Shown here: in pieces, positions 36,851-45,236 of the stretch
How the letters are laid out: each line of letters begins with the position of its first letter
Position numbering within the stretch: the first letter of the stretch is position 1
From: Candidatus Poseidoniales archaeon
GTDB lineage: Archaea; Thermoplasmatota; Poseidoniia; Poseidoniales; Poseidoniaceae
DNA length: 59,486 nt
Assembly: GCA_003602535.1 (NCBI GenBank)
Contig: QQSA01000075.1
Span: 3,853 to 63,338 of the forward strand
Direction of reading: 5' to 3'
Translations under genes and position numbers: made by a program
Notes under the pieces: model-generated
What the model was told of the DNA's origin: nothing
Seen by the model: the letters and a program-made list of their open reading frames with translations, nothing else
Database searches by the model: none

Positions 36851-37210
36851 TCACTCCTCTTCGTCGATTTCACCAGCAACTAGTGCACGCTCGTATTCGA
36901 TAGCAGCTTGCTGTGCGATGTAAGCCATATCTGCAGTTGTTGCACCATCTGCATTTCGGCGAATGATTCTGTTGTTTGTATCAGATGCACGAGTGTAAGG
37001 TTCCCATGCGCCACCAGCAAATGTGTGTCCACACTTACTGCATGCCCAGATCCCGACCGACTTGCGGCTAACCTTGCGGTATTGGCATACAGGACATGTA
37101 TACTTCGCGGATTTTTTCTTCATGGCCATGCCTGCGTTACGGCGTACACTGACACCATATCTTGCACCGAATCGGCCGGTTGCTCCTGCCTTCTGTGTTC
37201 GCTTTGCCAT
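36851..37210 (-). CDS. rpl37ae: 50S ribosomal protein L37ae (eL43) with a C-terminal extension
   Basis: GRFGARYG, CPVC..GIWACSKCGHTFAGGAW. Confidence 0.95.
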   Translation of the reverse strand: MAKRTQKAGATGRFGARYGVSVRRNAGMAMKKKSAKYTCPVCQYRKVSRKSVGIWACSKCGHTFAGGAWEPYTRASDTNNRIIRRNADGATTADMAYIAQQAAIEYERALVAGEIDEEE

Positions 37211-37212
37211 GT

Positions 37213-37998
37213 TCATTCCTCCTTGGAATTGACCAGATTAGCAAGTTCTGCGCAGCGTTGCTGAGCGACTCCTAGTATCTCGTCGAATTCGGCCGGCGTG
37301 AAAGTTCCCTTTAATCCCTTCTGAAGTGAATGTAGGTGACCCTCATCACCAAGAGTGATGTGAATTCTTTCATCTCCACCCAATTCTTCTTCTTCATTTG
37401 CATCCAGAACATATCGTCCTCCAACACGAGTAAATGAGCACATTGTGGGTGTCATGGATACAGCAAGTGGATAGTCTTCACCAATATCGAATCTTTCTGC
37501 TGGAACGATTGCGGTTCTAAGAGCAGCAATTGCTCCAAGTGCACAAGCATCGAAGATATTTCCTTTGTCAGATAGTACGTGGATATCGATCATGACTCCC
37601 AGAACCTTTTCCCCAGGAATAATACACAGAGAATCCATGTCGATACATCCAGATTCACGAATCCCTCTGTCCACAACTCTTCCAAGTTCAATAGATTGAG
37701 GTGAAGGTGGTCCTGGTTCGTACTTTCTTCCGGCAACTGGTCGTAGTTCAGCCCCACACATTAGCGAACCTTCAGCAGGTCTGTCTGGCCAAGGAGTTCT
37801 GATTTCGAATTTGACACCAGCGTAAATTATGGTGTCTCCCCATGTGACCTTAGCACTACCTTCAGCGTTGTAAAGGCAGTTTGTTTCAAGTTTGATATCA
37901 CGGGATTCCCAGCGTCCACGGCCATCGATACGCTGATCTTTATCTGCAAGAGCAGCTAACTCCTGACGAAGTAGACTTGGTACTAATTCAACCATCAA
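37213..37998 (-). CDS. rrp42: Exosome complex component Rrp42
   Basis: RIDGR, AEGSAKV, AGVKFE, EPGPP..IELGRVVDRGIRES, GNIFDA. Confidence 0.93.
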   Translation of the reverse strand: MMVELVPSLLRQELAALADKDQRIDGRGRWESRDIKLETNCLYNAEGSAKVTWGDTIIYAGVKFEIRTPWPDRPAEGSLMCGAELRPVAGRKYEPGPPSPQSIELGRVVDRGIRESGCIDMDSLCIIPGEKVLGVMIDIHVLSDKGNIFDACALGAIAALRTAIVPAERFDIGEDYPLAVSMTPTMCSFTRVGGRYVLDANEEEELGGDERIHITLGDEGHLHSLQKGLKGTFTPAEFDEILGVAQQRCAELANLVNSKEE

Positions 37999-38732
37999 GA
38001 TTCACCTCCATTCTTTTCGGCATATCTACGCTTCAATGCATCAATCATCAAAACATGAATTTCTTTTGCAGCTTTCATATTGTATTCCATGCAAGTATTG
38101 TACTCTTCAACCGACAAATCGCCGTCCATCTGTAAGAATGCAATTTCTCCTGTGGTTGGGAGTATACCCATTGGCAAATCCGCTTGTCCGTAGTTGTCTT
38201 CAGCCTTGTCTAAATCTAGAACTACAGTGTCTTCGATCTTTCCGCTTGCAACTCCGACAATCATGTCACGCATTGGGATTCCTGCATCTGCTAGGGCAAC
38301 TGCAGCAGCAGTAATTCCTACACATCTTGTACCTGCTTCAGCAGCAAGTATCTCAATTTCAACTCTAATCTTTGAGCGAGGATATCTTTCTACTAACACC
38401 ACGCTTTCCAAAGCTTCTGCAGTAACCTTACTGATTTCTCTGGAACGGCGATTGAAACCTGGTCGGATTCTATCGCTTGTAGAAAATGGTGCCATGTTGT
38501 ATCTAACGTCTATGACAGCACGGTCTTGACGCTGGATCTTACGTGGATGTGCTTCCATTGGTCCATAAACAGCACAAACTGCTACATTTAGTCCGTGCTT
38601 TACCCATGCTGAACCATCAGCTGCAGGTAAAATACCTGCCTCAACTTGAACTTCTCTCATCTCATCGACTTTACGACCATCTAGTCGCAAACCATCATCA
38701 CGTAGTAACTTTACATCTCCGTATCCGCCCAT
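37995..38732 (-). CDS. rrp41: Exosome complex exonuclease Rrp41
   Basis: RLDGRK.DEMR, ADGSA, RYNMAPFST.DR, RRSREISKV, AGTRC, EDNYGQADLP, LQMDG. Confidence 0.95.
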   Translation of the reverse strand: MGGYGDVKLLRDDGLRLDGRKVDEMREVQVEAGILPAADGSAWVKHGLNVAVCAVYGPMEAHPRKIQRQDRAVIDVRYNMAPFSTSDRIRPGFNRRSREISKVTAEALESVVLVERYPRSKIRVEIEILAAEAGTRCVGITAAAVALADAGIPMRDMIVGVASGKIEDTVVLDLDKAEDNYGQADLPMGILPTTGEIAFLQMDGDLSVEEYNTCMEYNMKAAKEIHVLMIDALKRRYAEKNGGES

Positions 38733-39418
38733 TAGGCATTCCTCCTGTTTTCGATTAATGCTTCAATTGAAGCATTGAATGTGGCCTTGTGGCCTTCGTT
38801 GCGTACCAAATCGATTACAGTACGCATGAATGCGATTCCATCTGCATCTCCATCGACCCAGACTCTTCCATTTTCAGCGACTATTATTCGACAGTCGCTA
38901 ACTTCTTTCAAACTACGCAGAATGGAATCTCCTTCTCCTCGTAGTCGTGAAATATGATTCATTGAAATTTCTGACATTATGCCTTCCTTCAATCTTCTAA
39001 GGCCAACGCCCTTCATTGTCAAAACAATATTGTGTGCTTCGTCTACTTCTTGTACACGTGCCAACATGACATCTCCGATGTCCATCTGTTCTCGTGCAGC
39101 ACCAAATTCTACTTTCCAAGGTGCGAGTGACATTGGTAATAATCCATTGAAAGGGCCATTTACATCTGCAAACCAAAGATTGTTTCGTACACTTTCTACT
39201 ACTCCGATAACTAGGTCACCAGATCTCGGCATGTAAGCCGAATGAATGGGGTCAACCGAAGTTACCCCGTTGTATTCTTTAACCCAACCAACTTTGGTTG
39301 CTATAATATTGTCACCCATGATTAGGGTTCCTGTTCCTGCTCGCACTCCTGTTGAGGCCCCGATGGCCTCTCCCGGAGTCACGAGGCGCAGCTCGGCGCC
39401 TTCTTTCGCTCCTGACAT
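38732..39418 (-). CDS. rrp4: Exosome complex RNA-binding protein Rrp4
   Basis: VTPGE, YMPRSGDLVIG (S1 domain), KH-like IIVAENGRVWV. Confidence 0.9.
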   Translation of the reverse strand: MSGAKEGAELRLVTPGEAIGASTGVRAGTGTLIMGDNIIATKVGWVKEYNGVTSVDPIHSAYMPRSGDLVIGVVESVRNNLWFADVNGPFNGLLPMSLAPWKVEFGAAREQMDIGDVMLARVQEVDEAHNIVLTMKGVGLRRLKEGIMSEISMNHISRLRGEGDSILRSLKEVSDCRIIVAENGRVWVDGDADGIAFMRTVIDLVRNEGHKATFNASIEALIENRRNA

Positions 39419-39480
39419 TTCTTTGTCTCCAAGCCGGGCGACCCGCCATCCCATGATAAAGCAGACGCATGAAGTGACAA

Positions 39481-40167
39481 TTACAATTCTTTAACTTCAG
39501 CGTTAGACGCTACACTCTTTACTTTACCAATTAGATTGCCAGCCATTCCAGGAGGGCACTCAATAATGCAAGCCCAGTCACCATTTGATAGCCATTCATC
39601 TTTATCGATATATGGTCGTAAAAATTTGCCACATGCACCATATCCTGAGCCAGGAATTCTGAATGCGATTCTTACAGGTTCAAATGATAGTGGAATTAAT
39701 GGTTTTAGAATTTCAATGGCGTCTTTTATCTGTACTTCCAATCTCTTGAATGGGTCGACAGAAAAACGACTTTCTTCCAAAGCCAATTCAATCCTAGTTT
39801 TGGGATGTGGTGTTTTCGCCTTTGGATCGATTGCAGTCGAATGAATTTCTTGTATGATGAGTTGCCTTTTTTGCTCTACCAGTTCTTTGCGTTGATTAGT
39901 TGTGAGTTGGATGCTACCTTTCTCGAGTATCATAGCAGCAATTTCACCTATTTCTTGAGTTCCAAATGTTGCTTCAATCGCATCTTCTGTTGGCCTATCG
40001 CCACCCCTGGCATCATTCCAAACTTCATCGGTTGCCAAAAAATCATCAATGTTTACGCTAGAAGGATCTGCTTTGAATGATTCAACCAAATCTGGGTCAA
40101 CCAATATCTCATATCGTTTGCCGCCATATTCCCAGCGTGCCAAGACTGCTTCGTCAAGGCTTACCAT
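39481..40167 (-). CDS. Ribosome maturation factor SBDS/Sdo1
   Basis: MVSLDEAVLAR, EILVDP, KGSIQLTT.QRK, DPKAKTPHP.TRIE. Confidence 0.93.
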   Translation of the reverse strand: MVSLDEAVLARWEYGGKRYEILVDPDLVESFKADPSSVNIDDFLATDEVWNDARGGDRPTEDAIEATFGTQEIGEIAAMILEKGSIQLTTNQRKELVEQKRQLIIQEIHSTAIDPKAKTPHPKTRIELALEESRFSVDPFKRLEVQIKDAIEILKPLIPLSFEPVRIAFRIPGSGYGACGKFLRPYIDKDEWLSNGDWACIIECPPGMAGNLIGKVKSVASNAEVKEL

Positions 40168-40175
40168 GAATATAT

Positions 40176-40898
40176 TCACTCCTCTAACGGCTTAAGTCGA
40201 TCAATTTGCTTGTTGACTTCGTTTCTATCAAGCACACGATATCCTTCAGAGTCAATGACTGAAACTTCTACAGCGTCTCTGTTAAGCTCCTGGTCATTTG
40301 CATTTCTCAGAGCTTCTAGTCCGAGCTTCATTGCTGCATTAAGAGTAAGATTTTCCTTCCAATTCTTTTCGAAATAATCGATTACAGTATTTCTTCCGCT
40401 ACCAATTGCTCCTGCATGGTATGATTGGTAAGCACCCGATGGATCTGTTTCGAATAGATGAATTCCATTATCATCAACTCCTCCAATCAAAAGTGCAGTC
40501 CCGAACGGTCGTGAGCCACCATATTGTGTGAATGATTGCTTGAAATCACAAATCTTCTTTGTCAGAATATCAACTGGCACAGAAGCAGCATAAGTGATTC
40601 TGTTAACTTGAGCTTCTACACGAGCTCTAGCAACTAACTGTCGGGCATCAGCCACTAATCCACTGGTTGCAATACCAACATGATCGTCAATCTTGAACAT
40701 TTTTTCGATAGATTCAGGAATAATTAATCGACTTGCAATACGCTTGTCACAAACCAACACAACACCATCTCTGAACTTTAGTCCAGCAGTTGTAGTCCCT
40801 CTCTTAACGCTCTCTCTAGCATATTCTACCTGAAACAATCTTCCATCTGGACTGAATGTAGTAATGCCATGGTCATATCCTCTTCCGCTTGGCTGCAA
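40176..40898 (-). CDS. psmA: Proteasome alpha subunit
   Basis: GYDHGITTFSPDGRLFQVEYA, SGLVADAR, RPFG, TDPSG; TTG start after GAGGTGG. Confidence 0.96.
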   Translation of the reverse strand: MQPSGRGYDHGITTFSPDGRLFQVEYARESVKRGTTTAGLKFRDGVVLVCDKRIASRLIIPESIEKMFKIDDHVGIATSGLVADARQLVARARVEAQVNRITYAASVPVDILTKKICDFKQSFTQYGGSRPFGTALLIGGVDDNGIHLFETDPSGAYQSYHAGAIGSGRNTVIDYFEKNWKENLTLNAAMKLGLEALRNANDQELNRDAVEVSVIDSEGYRVLDRNEVNKQIDRLKPLEE

Positions 40899-40932
40899 AG
40901 TGTCCACCTCTGGTCGCTGTCCGGGTCGGGGT

Positions 40933-40940
40933 CTTATCAA
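40933..40940. promoter_or_regulatory. TATA-like element shared by the divergent psmA and dph6 genes
   Basis: CTTATCAA (TTGATAAG on minus) is the only AT-rich box in the 63-bp GC-rich gap, about 22 bp before the dph6 ATG and 35 bp before the psmA TTG. Confidence 0.5.
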
Positions 40941-40961
40941 CCTTGGCGGGATGCGAGTTGT

Positions 40962-41609
40962 ATGAAGGTGGCTGTACTCTCCAGTGGTGGCAAGGATAGT
41001 AGCGCTGCTATTTGGTGGGCTCAATGCAAGGGTTGGGACTTAACTCACCTAGTTACAATGATTGTCGAAGGCGATGATTCATGGATGTTCCAGATTCCAG
41101 GTACATCGTTAGTCGAGAAGCAAGCTGAGTTGTGTAATTGCAAATGGCTTCCGATAACTACTCAGGGTATCCAGGATGAAGAAATCACAGACTTGGAAAT
41201 GGAATTGAGAAATCTAGACATCGATGGAATTGTCTCGGGTGCAATAAGATCTGATTATCAGAAGACCAGATTAGAAAGAATGTGTGAGCGGTTAGGAATC
41301 AAATCATTTTCACCGCTTTGGCACCAATCAAGCATCTTACACATGGAAGGTCTAGTAAAAAATGGATTTGAAGTAATGATTACAAGTGTATCTTCAGATG
41401 GCCTATCTGAAGAGTGGCTGGGGCATGTCTTGACCGAAGAGTCATTAGCCAAATTGAAGTCTCTTGCATTGAAATATAGATTTAATGTCGATGGCGAGGG
41501 AGGAGAGTACGAGACACTTGTGATAGCAGGACCTCACATGAATGGAGTACTAGATTTATGCTACAAAACTCATTGGGATGGAGTTAGAGGACACTTGATT
41601 TTTGAATAA
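40962..41609 (+). CDS. dph6: Diphthine-ammonia ligase
   Basis: SSGGKDS PP-loop, SWMFQ, GAIRSDYQKTR, SPLW, GEGGEYETLV. Confidence 0.92.
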   Translation: MKVAVLSSGGKDSSAAIWWAQCKGWDLTHLVTMIVEGDDSWMFQIPGTSLVEKQAELCNCKWLPITTQGIQDEEITDLEMELRNLDIDGIVSGAIRSDYQKTRLERMCERLGIKSFSPLWHQSSILHMEGLVKNGFEVMITSVSSDGLSEEWLGHVLTEESLAKLKSLALKYRFNVDGEGGEYETLVIAGPHMNGVLDLCYKTHWDGVRGHLIFE

Positions 41610-41676
41610 TTAGTGCCGATAGTAATCTTGTTCTGGACTCGGAATGTTCATGACCTTTGCTCAGAGGGAGTACAAT

Positions 41677-43026
41677 ATGGCATTCTGCCCACTAGACTAT
41701 CGATATGGTTGCCAAGAGTTCAAAGAAATATGGTCTGAACTTGGCCGTCATCAGCGCCAATTAGAGGTAGAGAGAGCTCTTGTTTGGGCACATAAAGAGA
41801 TGGGAAAGGTCTCTGAAGAAGATTATGCCAAGGTTGCAGAAATTGCTGTTCCTAGTGTAGTTACGAAAGAAAGAGTTTCTGAAATTGAAGCTGAAACTAG
41901 GCACGACATTATGGCATTGACTAAAGCCATGGCCGAAGCAGCAGGTGAGGCAGGTTGGTGTATTCACTTAGGTGCAACATCCAATGATATTGTTGATACA
42001 GCAGTCGGGCTGCAACTTCGAGATTCGATAATTCTACTGCGAAAGCAATTGTGTAATTTAATCGAAGTTACTGCAAATCTAGCTGAGAAAGAACGTGATA
42101 CCGTAATGCTAGGTAGAACTCATGGACAGGCAGCTGTACCTATCACATTTGGTCTGAAAACGGCTGTATGGCTTGATGAAATGAGAAGACAACTAGTGCG
42201 TCTTGACGAAGCAACTCCTAGAATTGCTGTTGGGAAATTTTTGGGAGCTGTGGGCACAGGTGCTGCACAAGGTGATGGAGCAAGAGAACTACAGCGTCTA
42301 ATTCTAACACACTTAGGTTTACAAGTCCCTCTTGCAACAACACAAGTAGTTGGTAGAGATCGGTATGTCGAGTATGTTTCTTGGCTAGCTAATGTTGCTT
42401 GTACCTGCGAAAAGGTTCTCCAGGAAATCCGTAACCTTCAGCGTTCTGAAATTGCTGAAGCCGGAGAAGGGTTCGATGTAAAGAAACAGGTAGGATCTTC
42501 AACTATGGCACACAAAAAGAATCCAATAAAATCTGAAAATGCATCAGGACTGGCAAGAATTGTTCGTTCATTCATTATTCCAACTTATGAGAACGCATTA
42601 CTTTGGCATGAGAGAGACCTTGCTAACTCGAGTAGCGAGAGATTCACTTTATCTCATGGTTCTGCTTTGTGTGAAGATGTAATCTCTAAGACAACTAATG
42701 TTTTGACAAACCTTTGGGTCGACAGAGAGCGAATGCTGGCCAATATCGCAAGTCAAAAAGGACTGGTTATGGCTGAAAAAGTTATGATTGAACTTGTGGG
42801 ACACGGAATTGGTCGCGATGAGTCGCATGAGATTCTGCGTTCTGCTTCATTTGAGGCAATAGCTAACGGAGAGGAATTAATCGATGTGTGTGCTAGAACA
42901 CCAGCGGTTGCTGCAGCATTTTCAGTTGAAGAATTGGAAGCAATGTTTGATCCTGCAAATCATATTGGAGTATCAGGTGAAATTGTAGACGAGGCTGTTG
43001 AATTAGCTAGAGCAGCAATTCAATGA
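41677..43026 (+). CDS. purB: Adenylosuccinate lyase
   Basis: HLGATSND, GRTHGQ, GSSTMAHKKNP, WHERDLANSSSER; GAGGGAG RBS. Confidence 0.95.
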   Translation: MAFCPLDYRYGCQEFKEIWSELGRHQRQLEVERALVWAHKEMGKVSEEDYAKVAEIAVPSVVTKERVSEIEAETRHDIMALTKAMAEAAGEAGWCIHLGATSNDIVDTAVGLQLRDSIILLRKQLCNLIEVTANLAEKERDTVMLGRTHGQAAVPITFGLKTAVWLDEMRRQLVRLDEATPRIAVGKFLGAVGTGAAQGDGARELQRLILTHLGLQVPLATTQVVGRDRYVEYVSWLANVACTCEKVLQEIRNLQRSEIAEAGEGFDVKKQVGSSTMAHKKNPIKSENASGLARIVRSFIIPTYENALLWHERDLANSSSERFTLSHGSALCEDVISKTTNVLTNLWVDRERMLANIASQKGLVMAEKVMIELVGHGIGRDESHEILRSASFEAIANGEELIDVCARTPAVAAAFSVEELEAMFDPANHIGVSGEIVDEAVELARAAIQ

Positions 43027-43460
43027 GTTTCATCTTCATCAACTTCTGTCTGCATCATAGATGTTCTAACAAGAATCATTGCAGTAATGGCAGAAACTGT
43101 GAAGGCAATACCTACCATTTTTGACATACTATACCAAAGTGCAATCAATCCGCCCAGAGAAACATATGCTACAATAGTACATAGTGAAGATGCGAAATTC
43201 AACTTTCTTAACATGTCATCATTCAATTTGCCATTATTTTCTAACAAAAATGTGTAAATCAAGAAATAAATTCCTTGGAAGGGAATTGTAGCTGCAATGA
43301 CAGTGAGAGCAATCTCTCGTATCGCTTTAGGATTTGCTTCTTGTTCAATGCCTTGGAAAAGCATTACAGCAGTATTGGTACCCAACAATGCGGCCATAAT
43401 TGTCCAACGCTTATCTTGAGATGAAGTTCTACTTTCGACATTGACTGAACCTTCACTCAT
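43020..43460 (-). CDS. Hypothetical 4-TM membrane protein
   Basis: 146-aa ORF with four hydrophobic segments and a TATA-like element just upstream. Confidence 0.7.
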   Translation of the reverse strand: MSEGSVNVESRTSSQDKRWTIMAALLGTNTAVMLFQGIEQEANPKAIREIALTVIAATIPFQGIYFLIYTFLLENNGKLNDDMLRKLNFASSLCTIVAYVSLGGLIALWYSMSKMVGIAFTVSAITAMILVRTSMMQTEVDEDETH

Positions 43461-43533
43461 GAAACCGGTGCTAACTATGAAGGGTTTGTATGTTGCCCTA
43501 AAGAAAATTGAAAAATGGCCAAATATAAACTGT

Positions 43534-43749
43534 CTAGAGGTAACGGAATGCCAGAATTATTCCACCGGTAATCGATGCAATAATAATCAGCAATACAATC
43601 ATTGCATTCGGTCCATATTCGTTTGAATCATCTAGGGCAGTTCCAAGTAGACCATCCCTGGAAATCGCTTTGGAGAAACTACCTGCCTCTTCAAAGTAAG
43701 GTAATTCTCTTCTTGGAATCCTTTCACCCTTGCGTAATTCCCCGGCCAT
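43534..43749 (-). CDS. Small protein with a C-terminal TM helix
   Basis: MAGELRKGERIPRRELP..YGPNAMIVLLIIIASITGGIILAFRYL; internal ATG chosen to avoid overlapping the CBS gene. Confidence 0.65.
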   Translation of the reverse strand: MAGELRKGERIPRRELPYFEEAGSFSKAISRDGLLGTALDDSNEYGPNAMIVLLIIIASITGGIILAFRYL

Positions 43750-43838
43750 GTTCGATGTGAAGGGTGGTTGGGTCATATGGGTTGTCATCGTATTATTGAT
43801 GGGAAAGCAATATCGTGTATGGTCAATTCGATGCAAGT

Positions 43839-44399
43839 ATGCAAGAGCCAACTGTTGCCGATATGTCGATTGCAGATGAACACATTGTAGTCGAAACAAA
43901 GACTCGAATAAGCGATGTTTGTAAAGAACTTGCAGTCAATCCAGATCACGCAGTTCTTGTAAAAAAGGGAAGTGAAGTTCTAGGTGTGGTCACGGCTAGA
44001 GTTATTTTCCAAACAATGTCGGAAGGTGTAAATGCTACAAAGATAAAAGTCAACAAAATAATGAAGACAAATATTCTTACTATGGCTGGAGATACACCCC
44101 TTTCTTCAGCTCTTGAAATGATGAGCAAGGCTAATCCTGATGCAATCATAATAACCGATTCAGATAATCAATTCATAGGATATTTCTCTACGAAGGATTA
44201 TCGTGACGCTACTCGAAAGCTAGAAGCTCACCAGTTGATGTCTGCTAGATTGAGGCGATCACGTAAAGCAATCAGCGAAAAAGTGTCATCATCTGAGAAA
44301 GAAGAAAGTGGAGTAGATTTACTGGATTTACTCTTAGGCGATATAGATGATGAGGATGATGAAGAGGTAGAAGTTCCTTCGATGTTCAATCTTGAATGA
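43839..44399 (+). CDS. CBS-domain pair protein with an acidic tail
   Basis: TVADM, VLGVVTAR, KVNKIMK, DTPLSSALEMM, FIGYFSTKD. Confidence 0.85.
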   Translation: MQEPTVADMSIADEHIVVETKTRISDVCKELAVNPDHAVLVKKGSEVLGVVTARVIFQTMSEGVNATKIKVNKIMKTNILTMAGDTPLSSALEMMSKANPDAIIITDSDNQFIGYFSTKDYRDATRKLEAHQLMSARLRRSRKAISEKVSSSEKEESGVDLLDLLLGDIDDEDDEEVEVPSMFNLE

Positions 44400-44408
44400 G
44401 TTGAGAAT

Positions 44409-44978
44409 ATGAGTTTGTGGCAAGCACCTCTTGATGGTTCTTCCATTCATCTTGCTGTTGAGGCATCATCCGGTGGTTCATCTCTTGGTATTCAAATGGC
44501 AAGACAGGCTATTGCCGATGGCGGTAGAGTCCTTTGGGCCGCCCCGGAATTGCCGGATGGTATGAGGTTCTCGCAAATTTTTTCAGGATTAGAAATTACA
44601 GCATCATCAAGATTTCATGCTATGAATTTGGTAGGAAATATCGATCAGGCATTGGAATCATTGAATCATACAGCAAATGTACTCCCTGGAGTTTCATTGG
44701 TAATCTTGGATGACTATTGTCCAGAAAGTGGCCAAATACCGAAAACAATTATCGATGCTGTAAATAAATTACTTTCCAACAGTAATTGGACTACTTTATT
44801 AATTTCCAAAGGAGGTGTGTCGATGGATGAATCGCCTCTAGTAGCGCGAGGTAAAAACAAGTTACAGACCGATAATGTTTGGTTATTGACTAGACCCGGG
44901 TCTGACTCAAAGAGAGTGCTTTGGATAAATGACGAAGCAATTGATTTACGATTGCTTGAAGATGGCTTTGTTGTTTAA
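44409..44978 (+). CDS. RecA/KaiC/RadB-like P-loop fold protein with a degenerate Walker A
   Basis: HLAVEASSGGSSLGIQMA, GGRVLW, RFSQI, LVILDD, LLISK. Confidence 0.6.
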   Translation: MSLWQAPLDGSSIHLAVEASSGGSSLGIQMARQAIADGGRVLWAAPELPDGMRFSQIFSGLEITASSRFHAMNLVGNIDQALESLNHTANVLPGVSLVILDDYCPESGQIPKTIIDAVNKLLSNSNWTTLLISKGGVSMDESPLVARGKNKLQTDNVWLLTRPGSDSKRVLWINDEAIDLRLLEDGFVV

Positions 44979-45212
44979 TCACTCATCTTCTCCGAGTAAT
45001 TTCGCCATCTCGTCTAATGCATCATCGTCTGGTTCATCAAATTGCTCAGGGTTTTTCGCTGCACCTTCCAGTACATCAGATCCTGCTACTGCTGGTTCCG
45101 TATCTTCTTTTGCGCGTGCTAAATTTGCACGTCCTTGGTTAGTGATGTACCAAATCATTGCCAAAAATGTTAATCCGAGAATGATGAATGTGATTTCTTG
45201 TGTACTGAGCAT
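44979..45212 (-). CDS. Small protein with an N-terminal TM helix and an acidic tail
   Basis: TM ITFIILGLTFLAMIWYI followed by GAAKNPEQFDEPDDDALDEM. Confidence 0.7.
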   Translation of the reverse strand: MLSTQEITFIILGLTFLAMIWYITNQGRANLARAKEDTEPAVAGSDVLEGAAKNPEQFDEPDDDALDEMAKLLGEDE

Positions 45213-45236
45213 GATGTTGCCAGTACTCACTGGCTA

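Noticed and set aside
40869..41024. Apparent head-to-head overlap of psmA and dph6 in the ORF track
   Set aside because: Artefact of longest-ORF starts; the better-supported starts are TTG 40898 (with RBS) and ATG 40962, leaving a 63-bp gap
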